Assembly (NCBI GenBank): GCA_002189035.1
Contig: NEEC01000010.1
Span: forward strand, 496,001-560,000
Direction of reading: 5' to 3'
DNA from: Utricularia gibba
Taxonomy: Eukaryota; Plantae; Magnoliophyta
DNA length: 64,000 bases
Shown here: positions 12,418 to 27,446 of the stretch, piece after piece
How the letters are laid out: each line of letters starts with the position of its first letter
How positions within the stretch are numbered: position 1 is the first letter of the stretch
The notes under the pieces: generated by a model
What the model was told of the DNA's origin: nothing
What the model saw: only the letters and a program-made list of their open reading frames with translations
Databases searched by the model: none
Translations under genes and position numbers: made by a program

Positions 12418-13061
12418 ATGGCACCCTATGCCGCCGCAGTTGAAACCTTGAGAGAACGTGCAGCTTTGATCAATGAATCAATGCAGAAAACACAATCCAT
12501 AACGAATACCATGACAGCGACCCTTGGATCCTTTGATCACCATTTATCTGCACTGGAGACCCCCATGAGACCCAATCAAGTACGTTTTTTTATTAAATAG
12601 CATTTCCATTGAACATTCCATGTGTTTGATCCGTATAATGTGATGTTTTGTAGCTGAAAACAAACTTGATAAGGAGAGGACATGAGAATATTGACAAAAC
12701 ATTGAAGCCGCTGAGGTTATTCTTGGTCAATTTGACTTTTGTGTTTAGTATATCTCCTATATTTTGAAAAAGTATAATCGGTAGATTGCATTTGACATAT
12801 ATTTTTTAACATTTTGGTTATGGTGTCTATCATAAATTTCAGACAGAGGCGAAGATTTTGAGGGGTCCTCATGAGGACTTGGAAAGTTACCTTCAGGTCA
12901 TGGATCAATTAAGGAGTATTGTGCGTTTTTTTTTTTTTTTTTTTTTCTGAAGCAATGGAAATTTAGAGTGCAACTAGTTTGGTGAATCAAGCGAATAACC
13001 TTTTGGGCAAGTCAATATTGAAACTCGAAGAAGAGTTTTGACAGCTTCTCATATCATACAG
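12418..13061 (+). pseudogene. EXO70A: EXO70A exocyst subunit pseudogene, exons 1-3 only
   Basis: Exons about 12418-12579, 12654-12748, 12843-13061 encode LGSFDHHLSALETPMRPNQ, HENIDKTLK, KILRGPHEDLESYL, KLEEEF. One-base deletion in exon 2, 21-T run at 12926-12946, in-frame TGA at 13039-13041; no later exons found. Confidence 0.9.
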
Positions 13062-13339
13062 GTTCAGATATCTAGTTCTCCCCATTTGTTTTCCCTTCTC
13101 ATGGAGCATTTAGTTTTTTACCATTAGATCACTGTTCATTATAGGGTTTCATTATTTCCTGATAAAATTGAATAAACTGTGCTTTCAGTCCATTCCAAGA
13201 CTCTTTTCTTGAGGCTATTTACTTAGTTATGATGAATGTATAGCACCGAGTATTGGACACCCAACTATTTATGCCTGAGTGAAAGAGATTTGATCATATT
13301 AATCTTGGAACTTTCATTAACTTATTTAGTACTAATTAA

Positions 13340-16300
13340 CATGCCCTTCGATGTTGAAGTTGGGGCTAGTATTCCTAACCACCACATTCCAGCTACATGT
13401 CACTTGTAGTGGTGCCATCACAATCAAAATGAGGGACAAATCCAAACTCAATGCAAAGAATGGAGACAAAATGAACAATGCCAAAGTTGAAGAATCGACC
13501 TTTCCAAATTCACCCCTGTTACGTGTCATTTCCTCAACAAATTTTAATTTAGAAAAACATAAAACACAATAAAGCGTAGAACGAGTGTCGATCTCATAGA
13601 ATTGAGTTTTGTGAAAAGTGTTTTGTAGAAAAATTTTACAAATTGTCAATGGCTTTGTAAAAGAGAGTTTTTGAAGTACAAAAATAAAATATACAATGCA
13701 AGTAATGGACCTTGACTACGGGATGCAGTTCCTGGGAAATGGACTCTGTTTCCTTTTTTTGACTATCCTCACCTCAACTTTCACTGATTTCTTCCGAATA
13801 GCAAGTTATAAGAGCAAGGAATAGCCTACTCTCCCTTATACTTTGATTGACAAGGAGGCACGGGAATAGCCTCATATGATTCCCCCTTGTACAACTGAGA
13901 AGACAAGAAGATTGTCGTAGATTACTTTCAAAACTGAATTTTGCATGTGGGCCCAGCTATTGATGATGACCAATGAAAGGTATGAGGTCACTACCTATTC
14001 ATTGTCACGGTACCTCGGTCACAAACAATTTGCAACTTCCCTCAAACCGGTAGGGTTGGAGATAGTATTCTTCACCTTGCTCCTCGTCAAAATCAGCTAG
14101 GAGTGGCCTGCTAATCAAGAACCATGACTAGGAGACGTTACAGAAAGACTGCAAGAAAACACATGGAAATATGTAAAATCCAAAAGAATTTCAGTAAAGA
14201 GACGAGATTAATGCTCAAGACTTGAAAGAAAACTTCATCTATTCTTAAAAACTAAAAGAGTTTAGCCACGAATGGTCATGAAACAGAAAATGAAATGGAA
14301 AGCTAAGGTATTCTTCCTCATTTGGAGTACAGGAAGAGTCAAAAGTTCTAAGTGCAAAAACAAAGTGAAAAGAAGGTTCGAAGGATAGTGTTCCAAGTTG
14401 GTTTTCATTCACTCCCCACATGCATTAATTTCTTCTGCTCCCCTTCTGTCTTGTGTACAGCAACAGCTTTTCCATGCATGTAAGTAAGCGTTCAATCATT
14501 ACTACAGACTCTAACATGCCGTAAATCAGGGGTCCTAACTAGTATCAGTCTTTTGCCCACAATTGACCAAAGTTGCGTGAAAGACAAGAAACGTCAATGT
14601 CTGGTCTCTTGCAAGTCTCTTGCAATACTCCAAGTTTGACTCCTAACATTTTGGGTGAAAGTTCATGAAAAAAGACAACAAAATATGTACAAAATACAAA
14701 AATAGAAATTTTCTTATAAAATCAAATACCTATCAATATAAATCCTAAATTGGGTAACTTAATACTTAATTTGCACATAATAATATATAATAAATACTTA
14801 GTAAATGACACTTAACAACCCCTTGCTATTTGAGGCCAAAACCCTTGGGACTAGTTGGGCTTGCAACATGGGCTAGAAGAAGGTAGAGATTCTTGGCCCA
14901 GCTACTGGGCCAAATTCCACATCAGCTTCATTTGATCATGGTAGTTGTAGATCGTTTTCCCAAGATGTTGCATTTTATTGTATGCAAGAAAACCACTAAT
15001 ACTTGTTTGATCCCCCCAACTATTTTTTAGTGAGTTTTATCATTTACATGGACTTCTTTCCACTATTTTTAGTAATTAGGATACTTGCTTTCTCAATCAC
15101 TTTTGGCGAAGCTTGTGGAAGTTAGTTAACACTACCTTGAATTTTAATATTGCTTATTATTTGGAGGCTAATGGCCAGACTTAAGTCATTAATTGATCAT
15201 TGGGCAATCTTTTATGTTACCGTTGAAAGCCAACATCTATCATGGGATATTCTTTTGAGCAAGCCATAATTTGCTTACAATCATTGTGTTAATCGAAGTA
15301 CAAGGTTCAACCCCTTTCAGATTGTTTATGCATCTCAAACGTGAGCACCCACATCCTTATCCAGTGGTTGATGGTCATAAACTTCATGGAAAGGCTGAAG
15401 ATTTTGTGCAAGTTTTACAACAAATCCAACAAAAGTAAAGGATCATTTGAAGACTAGTAATGCTCGATAAAAGGCCACAACTAACTGTCATCATCAACTT
15501 CAAGAATTTCATGTAGATAACCTAGTTTGGGTGTTCATCTCTAAACAACATTATCCAACTCACCTCCCCATAAATTGACCAACCAAAAGATTAGTCCTTG
15601 TGAGATTCTGACCAAGATCAATTCTAATACATACAAGGTGAAGTTGCCACCAGGTTTTCTTACACCACATGTCTTCAATGTTTGCCATATGTTTCCTTAT
15701 TTGGGTCACGAGCAATCTCTAAATTAGGGGATGAATTCTTCTACTCAGGAGGTGATGATGCAGCATACGAATATGACTCATCCATTAACCCCTAACCCAT
15801 ATGTCTCACCCACCTAGATTTTGACGGATACGATTGCAAGGGTTATAGGAATTTTTGCAACTTTCACTTAGGTTCCTTCTTTTACATCTAACCTTCACTC
15901 ATCACTGGTTGTTGGTTAGGGATTAAGCTAACTTGGATTGGGCACCCTTTACAAGTTGTTCAAGAATGTTGCATCGTTGAACTACTGCTGAAAGTTCAAT
16001 CTTTCATTCTTATGTTTTGTTCTTCTCGGGTGTTTTGAGAGTTAAATGTCTCTTGAAAACATTGCCTGGACTTTTGCTTTTGAACAAGAATGAGTTTTTG
16101 TTTATTTCATCCAGTATACACTTCCTTGACTTGTCAACCCGAGCATTCACTTGAGAATATGTTTTGTACATTTTTCTTACTCTCGGCCTTCATTAGGTTC
16201 CTTTTAGCCTTCTTACATGTTTCTTATCTAGTCTTAATATAGTATTCCCAATTATACCTTGGAGGCTTTTATTCTTCCTCTACAACAAGTCATGAATTAT

Positions 16301-16360
16301 TTAGGCTAAAAGTTTAAATCATTAGAATGTATAATTTTAATTTTATTTGAGTTCCAATCA
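13340..16360 (+). mobile_element. Ty3/Gypsy chromovirus (CRM-like) 3' remnant: integrase plus probable 3' LTR (about 15755-16360)
   Basis: MVVVDRFPKMLHFIVCKKT at about 14940 and FAYNHCVNRSTRFNPFQIV at about 15270; interrupted by the solo LTR at 13517. Outer boundaries approximate. Confidence 0.7.
13517..14817. mobile_element. Solo LTR, 1301 bp
   Basis: TG...CA ends, exact TSD ACCCC (13512-13516 and 14818-14822), no coding capacity, second copy at 6543-7830. Confidence 0.9.
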
Positions 16361-16667
16361 TGTCAAATAGTGAAAGAAGACCAACATGTTTGATTTTCAA
16401 ATAATGGAGATGAGATATGTGTGATAAAGATAAAAAAAAAAAAATGGCTAAGTTATTAAATAATGGAGACTAATTTTTTGTTCAATACACAAAATGTTGA
16501 AACACAATACATCCACTAAAAATAGTGAAAATGAATTTTATCAATGAAAATTAAAGATACAATTTATGCCAAATAGTGAAAATAAATCTTACTGCTAAAA
16601 CAATGCGAATTTGTGGTCCCATTTCTATTCCTTTTCTCGTGGGACTGAAAAAGGGACCTGAGAATAC

Positions 16668-18913
16668 TTAATACAGAGCTCCCTCATTGGACAGAGTAAA
16701 CGGGGCTGGGGCTGGGGCTGGGGGAGTGTTTGTCGTGGAGGTCCGTGGGGACAAATTTGTGAGTTCAAGTGCTTGGACCCTAACCTCCGGTGGGTAGTCG
16801 TTCATGCATCCGATTCTGGGCCCAGTACCCGAGGCCCATTTTGAAGACAGCTGACGCCCCAGTTGATATGATTTCCCCGCCTTCTTAGACCGGATTCTCT
16901 CAAGTATGGCCTTCTGTGGAACCACTGGTTTGGGGCTCCGAAGACCACCCGAAAGGCTTCTTTTGTATTCCCGCTTGGCTTCTGGGAGGATTCTTCCCTT
17001 TCCGTCGTCGGATGGTCGTTGTCGTCTTCGTCGAAAGGGAGATCGCAGCGCACGGAGTGTTGTGTTTGAGCGACATCTTGGAGAGGCAGCAGGGATGAGG
17101 ATTCTCCGTTTTCATCCTTCTCGTAGTCATCAATGCCTTTGACGATCTGAAGAGCAAGTTGAAGAACAGGTTGGAGGGAGACTCATGCACGCAGAAGAGC
17201 TGACTGACAGGACAGGTATGCACGTACCTCTACGCCATCAAGGTAAATTCCATTTTCTAAGAGAAATGACGAGAAATCATCAAGGCTTTCATCGGTTGGC
17301 TTGTAGTGTCCGCTGTAAGCTGATATGCGCTGATCAACATACTCAAAATAGTCAGCGTATTACGCAGGCAGAGACTTGGTCATTAATTTGACAATGGCGG
17401 CACCTTAATAACTCCATGCTCGACGTCGAGCCTGCCGGAAGCCAGAGTAGCTCCTCCAGCTAAAAAGCTGGAGTGATGAAAGAAGCCCTTCTTCTTCTGG
17501 AGTTCATGAACGAAAAAGAGTTGATTAATTCGACAAATCGATCGAGCAAGTGTTGACGTAGAAGACCACCCTTTAAAGGGCTTACCTTTCCGACATAAAG
17601 CCTTTTAAAGGTGCTTAACACAAAAATCCACTTTGATCCTGGTGACCCATGCTTCGTGTCAAGAAGCTTCCCGGTTAGCTTATGCGAAAGCTTAGCATCA
17701 GTGACGACGTATTCGTAATGTTCTCTTTCATTCTGACCAGAAGGAAATGAGATGAGATAGAAGGTTTTAAACCAGCTGAAGAACGATGACAAACACACAT
17801 ATAACTAGGATTTGCTTTGACTTACACGACCAAGATACTGGATGCATTGTTGACGAAGAGTCAACCTCGGGCACTCCTTGAGATCAACCTCTTTCCCGTC
17901 TCCAATGTCCAACCTGTTCCATTCAATAACAGTATCCTGATATGTTTCACAGAAAACATAGGACTCAAACAGAGACATGTGATGACGTGAAAACCCAAAT
18001 TTAATTCAACAAAAACGATAAAAGTGATCGATCGAACACCATACAGGGTGCTTGAGCTAGACGAGTTAAAGGTCACCGCTGCCAGTAATCGATTACGACA
18101 GGTAAGCAAAGTGAAATGCTAGCTATTTGAATGTCGATACCAGTAAAAGAAGGGTTGGCCAGAGCTTGCATCACACCATTTGGTGAAGTAGAAGTGTAAG
18201 TTGTGCCCATATCGGTGCCTCGGATCAATCTGTATAAAGGAAGACAGAATTAAAGTTCAACGTGCAAAAGATGAACATGGAAAACGATTTGTATATCAGG
18301 AGAAATAAAATCAAAACTCAATCGACAAAAAGGTAATATGAAACACGACTTTCCCAACTTATAGTTTGACTCATAACCGGAATCCAAAAGATGGAATAAC
18401 AGATAGAAGAGACCCACAGCCTCAATCCAGTGTTGAAAAGCTAACTTCTGCGCCCTCACGTCCTCGGACAAGCCCTTGCCCACCTGGGTTTCGCAAATCT
18501 GTAAGCCTTACAGACAACATAAAAAAATTCAAGGTGAGAGGAATTGAAATTGGTGAATTTACCCTGGAAGCATTCAATTTCACGCGATTCCACCGCGAGG
18601 CCGCAGATTCTGGCTTCGTGAAATCGAAGAAGGAGATGGTGCTATGGCTTAACCGCGCGAAGTCCAGGAGTTGCCACCTTGAATATTCACTCATAGAGTC
18701 AGAAAAGAAGCACCCCGAATCTGGGTAAAATAGAGAAACCCAAAAGTACCAGAGTTCTTCGGCAACCACAGCGGAGTCAGCCAACATGCGCCGTGTACGG
18801 TAACCACGGTAAGCCTTCTGAAGTCTCATAGCCGAATCTGAGGGACATCTCTGGATAACGCCATTCGCCGGAGCTGCGGTGGCGGCGGATAGTTCGCCAT
18901 TCCCTTGGTTCAT
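16668..18913 (-). CDS. IQM3: IQ-motif calmodulin-binding protein, IQM3-like; 9 exons; one apparent frameshift in the last exon
   Basis: GT-AG exons 18913-18750, 18677-18563, 18483-18418, 18229-18141, 17913-17826, 17732-17586, 17496-17404, 17329-17228, 17146-16668. Motifs [58 protein letters not shown]. Confidence 0.92.
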
Positions 18914-19195
18914 CAGAATCTCCAGCGTGGTGTCACCGGAGGAAGGGAGAATGAGGGAGAGCTAATGAGTTTAGAGCTGTGCTGTGTTGGAGAGCGAATA
19001 GTCCTTGCAGCGAAGGGTGTCTCCGAGAGGAGTTATAAATAAGGGAGTGGGCGTTTGAGTTGACGCGCTGCGTACCATTCTGATTGCCCAGTATGATTGA
19101 TTGTGTTTTCACCGGGGCCGGCGAGAGCGTCAGCAGCAGCAGTCTACATACAAAATTAAATATCCATTTATCGTCCTATAAATTAGAAAACACCA

Positions 19196-19830
19196 GGGTT
19201 TGTTGGCAGAATGCCCCACTGCCAAAAAATTATTTGTTGAATACCCCGGGTTTCATTAAAATTAGCTGAATACCTCGTTTTTTTTTTTGTGTTTGTTGAA
19301 TACCCCTATTTGATGAAAGAAAATAATAAAACTATATTTGATATATTTAAAATAATATATAATTTCATTTACATACATATATAAAAATTTATAATTAATT
19401 TTTATTGTTGATATGTAATGAATAATAAATTATAAATATACAAATAAATAATTAGTAAAATATGCAAATATGATCAAAATATTTGTAATGATTATTTGTA
19501 ATTAAAATTAAATTCAAAATTAGAATTAGAATTAGAATTTTTTTAAAAAAAATTATTATATATAATTTATAATTATCAAATAATTTATATATATGTATTT
19601 TATATACAATTTATAAACATCAAATAAATATATAATATATATGTATGTAAGCATATTTAGTAATTATTTTTAGTATATTAAATATTTATTATTATTTTAT
19701 TATTTATATTACCTCAATTAGTGGTATTCAACAAACAAAAAAAAAATTAAGGGGTATTCAACTAATTGTACAAAAAGGTGGGTATTCAGCAAAGAACTTT
19801 TTGACAGTGGGGTATTCTGCCAAATTACTC
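19196..19830. mobile_element. Mutator-derived MITE, 635 bp
   Basis: About 120-bp imperfect TIRs (TTGGCAGAATGCCCCACTGCCAAAAA versus the reverse complement of TTTTTGACAGTGGGGTATTCTGCCAA), AT-rich core, 10-bp TSD GAAAACACCA / GAAAACATCA. Confidence 0.85.
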
Positions 19831-19902
19831 GAAAACATCATGACCAGGCTCTACTCTACTCTGCACCACGACACCCCATACTCTGGGTCTGGGTGCGCCC
19901 AC

Positions 19903-19935
19903 TTTCGTTTCGTTTCGTTTCGTTTCGTTTCGTTT
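19903..19935. repeat. (TTTCG)n microsatellite
   Basis: About six pentamer units read directly. Confidence 0.9.
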
Positions 19936-20639
19936 ATCCCATCACTAACTAACGCGTATGCATGTATTTTAATATTAAAAATTAAAGTTGTTTTGTTGAA
20001 GAAGACCCCCATTCCCCACCCATCCATACATTCCATTCGCCCATCTTGGTTTGAAATTACAACAACATCCTTCCATGGAATGGATAATGCATGTTTTTCG
20101 ATAATATACAAGTCTGTAATTTCTTGGTAAAAATCATTCATATTTATTAGTAAAATATTTTTGGAAAATAGAATACACCGGATGAGTCGGTTCCAATTGT
20201 TCTAAACTCATCCTTTGAAATACTTTTTTTCTGTTTTATATTATTATTTTTCATTCTTACTTTTCCATTATTGGTGTAAAAATCAAACTGCAAGTTTTTG
20301 CAGAAATGAAGCTTATTTTTATTCCAATTTTACACACCACAAGCCCAATCAAATTAAAAAATTATTTTATGGAGGAGGGCATGCACTTGCCTGGAAACCA
20401 GAGAAGGAGGCCAAGTGTGGTCCAAGCCCTTGCCAACAAAAATCGACAGGACTAAAGGAGCCTAGCAGCCGCCCTTTGCTGACTGCTGGAGCCTCCAAGG
20501 AATGAATAGTCAATCAGGAAGGCATTTTTGACATGTTTTTTTAAAATAAATAACAATTACAAAACTACATATGTATATTATATTTATAAAATCATCTTAA
20601 TTTCATGTCACTTAAAACCATATTTTTCCATCATCCTTA

Positions 20640-21458
20640 GGCAGCATTTGGTACATGGGTTTAGGTGAATTTCTCGGTAAACCCACCTTTGATATGTGAG
20701 TTGCAAATCCCTCATGTTATTCACAAATCTATCTAAAACTCACGATCATCGGTTTACATAATCTAATGGGGGGTTGGTTTACATAAACACTTTTGTACTT
20801 TCCCGTTCTATTCCTAGACACTCTTTTTGAAAGCTGAGCACATTTGCTGAAAAACACTTCTTGAAACATTAGTGATGTCATGTTCATCTCTCTATTTGTT
20901 TTTTGCTGCTATTTGTCGATTTTTATTTCTGCTATTTATGAGTTAACTTCAGGTATGATTAAGATAAAAACAAGAAGAAGAAGAAGAAGAAGAAGAAGAA
21001 GAAGAAGAAGAAGAAGAAGAAGAAGAAATAGAAGAAGAAGAAATAGAAGAAGAAAAAGAAGAAGACTAATTGCTATGAGGAATTAATTCTAATTAGTATG
21101 TTAGAATTGTAAACAAACATCATATTTATTGTTATATGATGATTGTTATAAAATATGGTTTCAACTAAGTATCATGATTCATCCTATTGGATGTTTGATT
21201 GAATTTGTGAAATGATACAATAAATTAAATATGTAATAATTAATTTTAATTAACTAAAGAAATATATTAATAATTTTATATAAAAATTCAATAAAGCAAT
21301 ATTTTAGACCCACATATAAAACATGTTTGATTTTAAATCCAAATAAATTATATTTACCTACCAAACAAAAATTATTTTCTAAAATAACAAAATATATTTA
21401 TTTAAATTCAAATAAATTAAATTCATGTTAAACCCAAACCCACGTACCAAATACGCTA
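20640..21458. mobile_element. Tourist-like (PIF/Harbinger) MITE
   Basis: TTA on both flanks (20637-20639 and 21459-21461); termini share ATTTGGTAC(A/G)TGGGTTT in inverted orientation, outermost bases mismatched. Confidence 0.55.
20972..21065. repeat. (AAG)n microsatellite
   Basis: About 94 bp, pure at the left and interrupted at the right. Confidence 0.95.
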
Positions 21459-22588
21459 TTAAGTATTGTATTTAGCTACATTATTTTTCATTTTCTTATT
21501 ATTTTTTTATTAATTACACATTTCTTTAAAGAAAATATATTTTATGTTTTTAAAATATTGTTTAATCAATTTAAAAAGAGATCGAATCCTAATAATTTAT
21601 ATGTTTGAGAGTACATGAAGTATCATGAAGAGAATCAAAAATAATATTTGATCCAATATATAATTTTAGATAAATATTTAAAAATAATTTTAAAAATTTG
21701 GATAAAAGATATATATCAAGAACTATAGAATATCTTAGCCAAAACCATGAATGAAACCCAACTTATTATTAAAATCTTTACCCCATAAAATATATCTCTT
21801 ATTCAACTATAAAATTTTTCATATTTTCATGTTTTTTTATGCATTACAATCAAGAATGTATATGTATAATTTACGGAAGGATTTGCAATGAAATCATGTT
21901 TGTAAAAGACTTTGTCTCTGTGGTTATGTTATTATATTCTTTAATATTTATCTATTTTTTTATATAAAGTCTCACTGGACCACGCGGACTAATTGGATGA
22001 TTGAGATTGAAATCGGTTGACCTGAATCCAAAAATCTTAATCCAACAGCAACAATACAAACTTAATCCACCCGTTTTTATTTTTGTCTCCCATTTAATGT
22101 CCTGATCATGATTCGAGAATTGCGATTTTTTTGTTTAGTTTCGGTGAGATAAAACCGGAAACAGCCTCTCTCCTAAGTCCTACCAAATGAAAGTAACGAA
22201 TGGTGATGTTGCGAACAACAGAAATAAGTAATTAGATTGATATATGAAAATAAAAACTCTTATTTACACCAATTCTAATAATAATATATCATACTATTTC
22301 TTTATAAATCGTTGGATGTGTTGAATTGGTCCAATGGGAATCACCCCATCCCACATCCAAACATTTTAGGGAAAAGACTCATTTCTTTATATGAGAAATG
22401 TTAAATGAATACAAGTCGCCATTTTTGTAGAATCACTGCTTTCTGGGAAAAGACTCATAACTCTTACAAAACTATCCATCCAGCAAACTAGCCATCTTCT
22501 TTGACTTTTCTTTAAAAATATATATTTCTTTAGTATATATATATATATATTTTACTGAAGTCAGGTTATTTCAGTTAAAAAGATTTTG

Positions 22589-22591
<3 letters not shown>

Positions 22592-22630
<39 letters not shown>
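22592..22630. repeat. (TA)n microsatellite
   Basis: About 19 units read directly. Confidence 0.95.
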
Positions 22631-22634
<4 letters not shown>

Positions 22635-24511
22635 AAATTCACTACAAAAATAAAATAGGGAATTCAACGAAATTTTTTTTTTTGTGAAATTGACTGATTT
22701 TATAGTAAATTAAATTTATATTTTATAATTTGATTAAAAAAATAAGAAAGAAATAATTATTTAAGTACAAACAAAAATATAAATTTCATATAAAAAACCA
22801 TTTTTGTAAAAAAATCCAATCACACTGATAATTTTATTGTATATATGTGACTAGGATGGGTAGTTTATTGAGAGTGTGGCTAATCCCACAAAAAGTGAAC
22901 GTCAAGTCAAAGACAGTGGACAAGCTTTTTTTGTTCCTTGGTGAATTTTTTTTATTCATCAAACTTTAAATTCATTTTTTAACTCCTGAAATATGACTTT
23001 TTGGTCGTGTGAACACATGGGTGTTGGCGGTCATGCATGCGCACACGGCACATAGACCTTCTTTTCTTTTCTTTTTTTTATTGGGAAAAAGGGCTATGTG
23101 GACTATTCCGGTGGAAATTCATTCCATTATTAGGGGTTTTATAAGGATGATGATAACGGGAGCTTTCTCTCAACTACAAAGATTGTATTTTGTACACATT
23201 ATTTAAATATTTTTTTGGAGAATTATAATGAGTTAAAATTATTTAATTTTTTAAAAAATATTGCAAAATGAGGAATATTTTTTATTATAAAACTAGATTT
23301 TTATTCATTTTGTATATTAAAATTAAATTAAATAATTTAATGATATAAATCCACATTGACACAAAATGATCACTCAATAAAGAAATAAAATGAAATATGC
23401 ATATTTGGTCTTCATCAATGATTAAGTTCCTAATATACGAATAAAAAGCAAGAAAAACGCATACGATAGGAAAAAAAAGAATCAACAGCAATTGACACAT
23501 ATTCAGAAAACAAAAAAATGAATTAAAATAAAGAATACAAGATGAATATTATTAAAACTAATTTTGCTAAATTGTGCAGGAGTATTAATTTCTTATTTCG
23601 AAAATTTTAATTTATGCGGATTTTTTTTAATAATGAACATTTTAATTCATCATTCCAGAAAAAAGAGAAATAATATTATTATGCCGGAGTATTAATTTGT
23701 TATTTCGAAAATGAGAATGTTTATAATTTTTTTTTGTGAATGAGATGGGCCGAGCCGGGCCGGCCTGTTAGGACTTGTGTAACACATTATAGAAGGGAGT
23801 GCAAGTCCGGCAGAGACCCCAGGCAGGCAGTGGGCAGAGACAGCGCATCGGTGAAGGCGCGCGGGGCGGTGGGGGCAGCCTATTGATGTCGTGTAGCATG
23901 ATTGAAATTTGAATGCCCCCAAATTCTGTGGGCCCCGACTAATGTTTTCGCCGAAGCATCTCTCCTCCCCATATTTATTTTAAATTAATATTTGGGTGCC
24001 ATCATTATTGCGAATAACAGTGAATAACGCCACCGCAATTATAATGTCGATATATTCTACTATCTAATTAACCATTTTTCTAAAAGCTAATTAATTATCA
24101 CGAAATTGGAATAGACTAATTTTCCAAAAGGGAGCCTTTTAGGGTTTTGGGAAAGCGCACATGGGAGGATCTGGACAATGGCATCGCCCTGTCGATGTCG
24201 TAGCGAGTGCAGACCATGGGATTCTTAAATACATCAATTAAATTTCAATGGGACCCACGCCGCATTGGTGATGGTACTCCCTTTCCTGATTTCGGGTCCA
24301 AATGGATAATCCTAGCTTTTTTAAAAAAAGGTTATTAAATGTGGTACATCGATCGGGTTGAAGTTGGTTTTGAAAAGACTGAATTTTGAATAATTTTGTG
24401 GTGGTTGGAATTGGAATCGGGGAGCTTTCAAGGCTGGGTTTATCAGCAACCGGGGATTCCGCACACCCCGCTAACAAACGAGGGGAAGGACTACGCTTTT
24501 TTAAAGTCCAA

Positions 24512-24795
24512 GTGAGTTTACTTTGAGGAGTAAAATTAAATGCAGTAAAAAAGTTCAGCCGTTTTGACGGGGTGTTATTGACAGAAGTAGCATCTTCTTT
24601 TGTTCGTTATATGATGAATGACGTTGAAGTTGGAGAGTTTTGCTTATTTTTCGTCACTTGTCCTGGGAATTGTGTCAATTTATGTTTGGTGAGTGAGTGA
24701 GTTCTGGTTCAAAAGTTGGTTCCTTCAGTGCATTTATAGTTCATCTCTTCTTTTTCTGGCTAACTTTCCAACTGGGCTCCTCGCTTCTCCTTCAG
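24512..24795 (+). other. Possible 5'-UTR intron of the kinase gene
   Basis: Donor-like AA|GTGAGT at 24512 and pyrimidine-rich acceptor CTTCTCCTTCAG ending at 24795, 60 bp before the ATG. No transcript evidence. Confidence 0.4.
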
Positions 24796-24854
24796 GGTCA
24801 TCGATTTTCAACCGCATTAGCTATCTGCTTGCTTGAGAAGCGGTGGACATTCGG

Positions 24855-27319
<2,465 letters not shown>

Positions 27320-27446
27320 CAAACACGATTTCTGCACTGTAGACAAGGAATGGGCTTAGTGTCGGTTCAAATTAGTTTCTTCTCCATCACAAATGGGCTT
27401 CCTTAAATAAATCATGAATCATCGCTCTCTTCTCCTGGTAATCGGT

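Noticed and set aside
20880-21086. 68-aa ORF with a long poly-Arg tract
   Set aside because: It is the translation of the (AAG)n microsatellite inside a MITE.
23745-23800. Start resembling 7SL or SINE RNA (GCCGAGC)
   Set aside because: No Pol III USE/TATA or A/B boxes and no further similarity.
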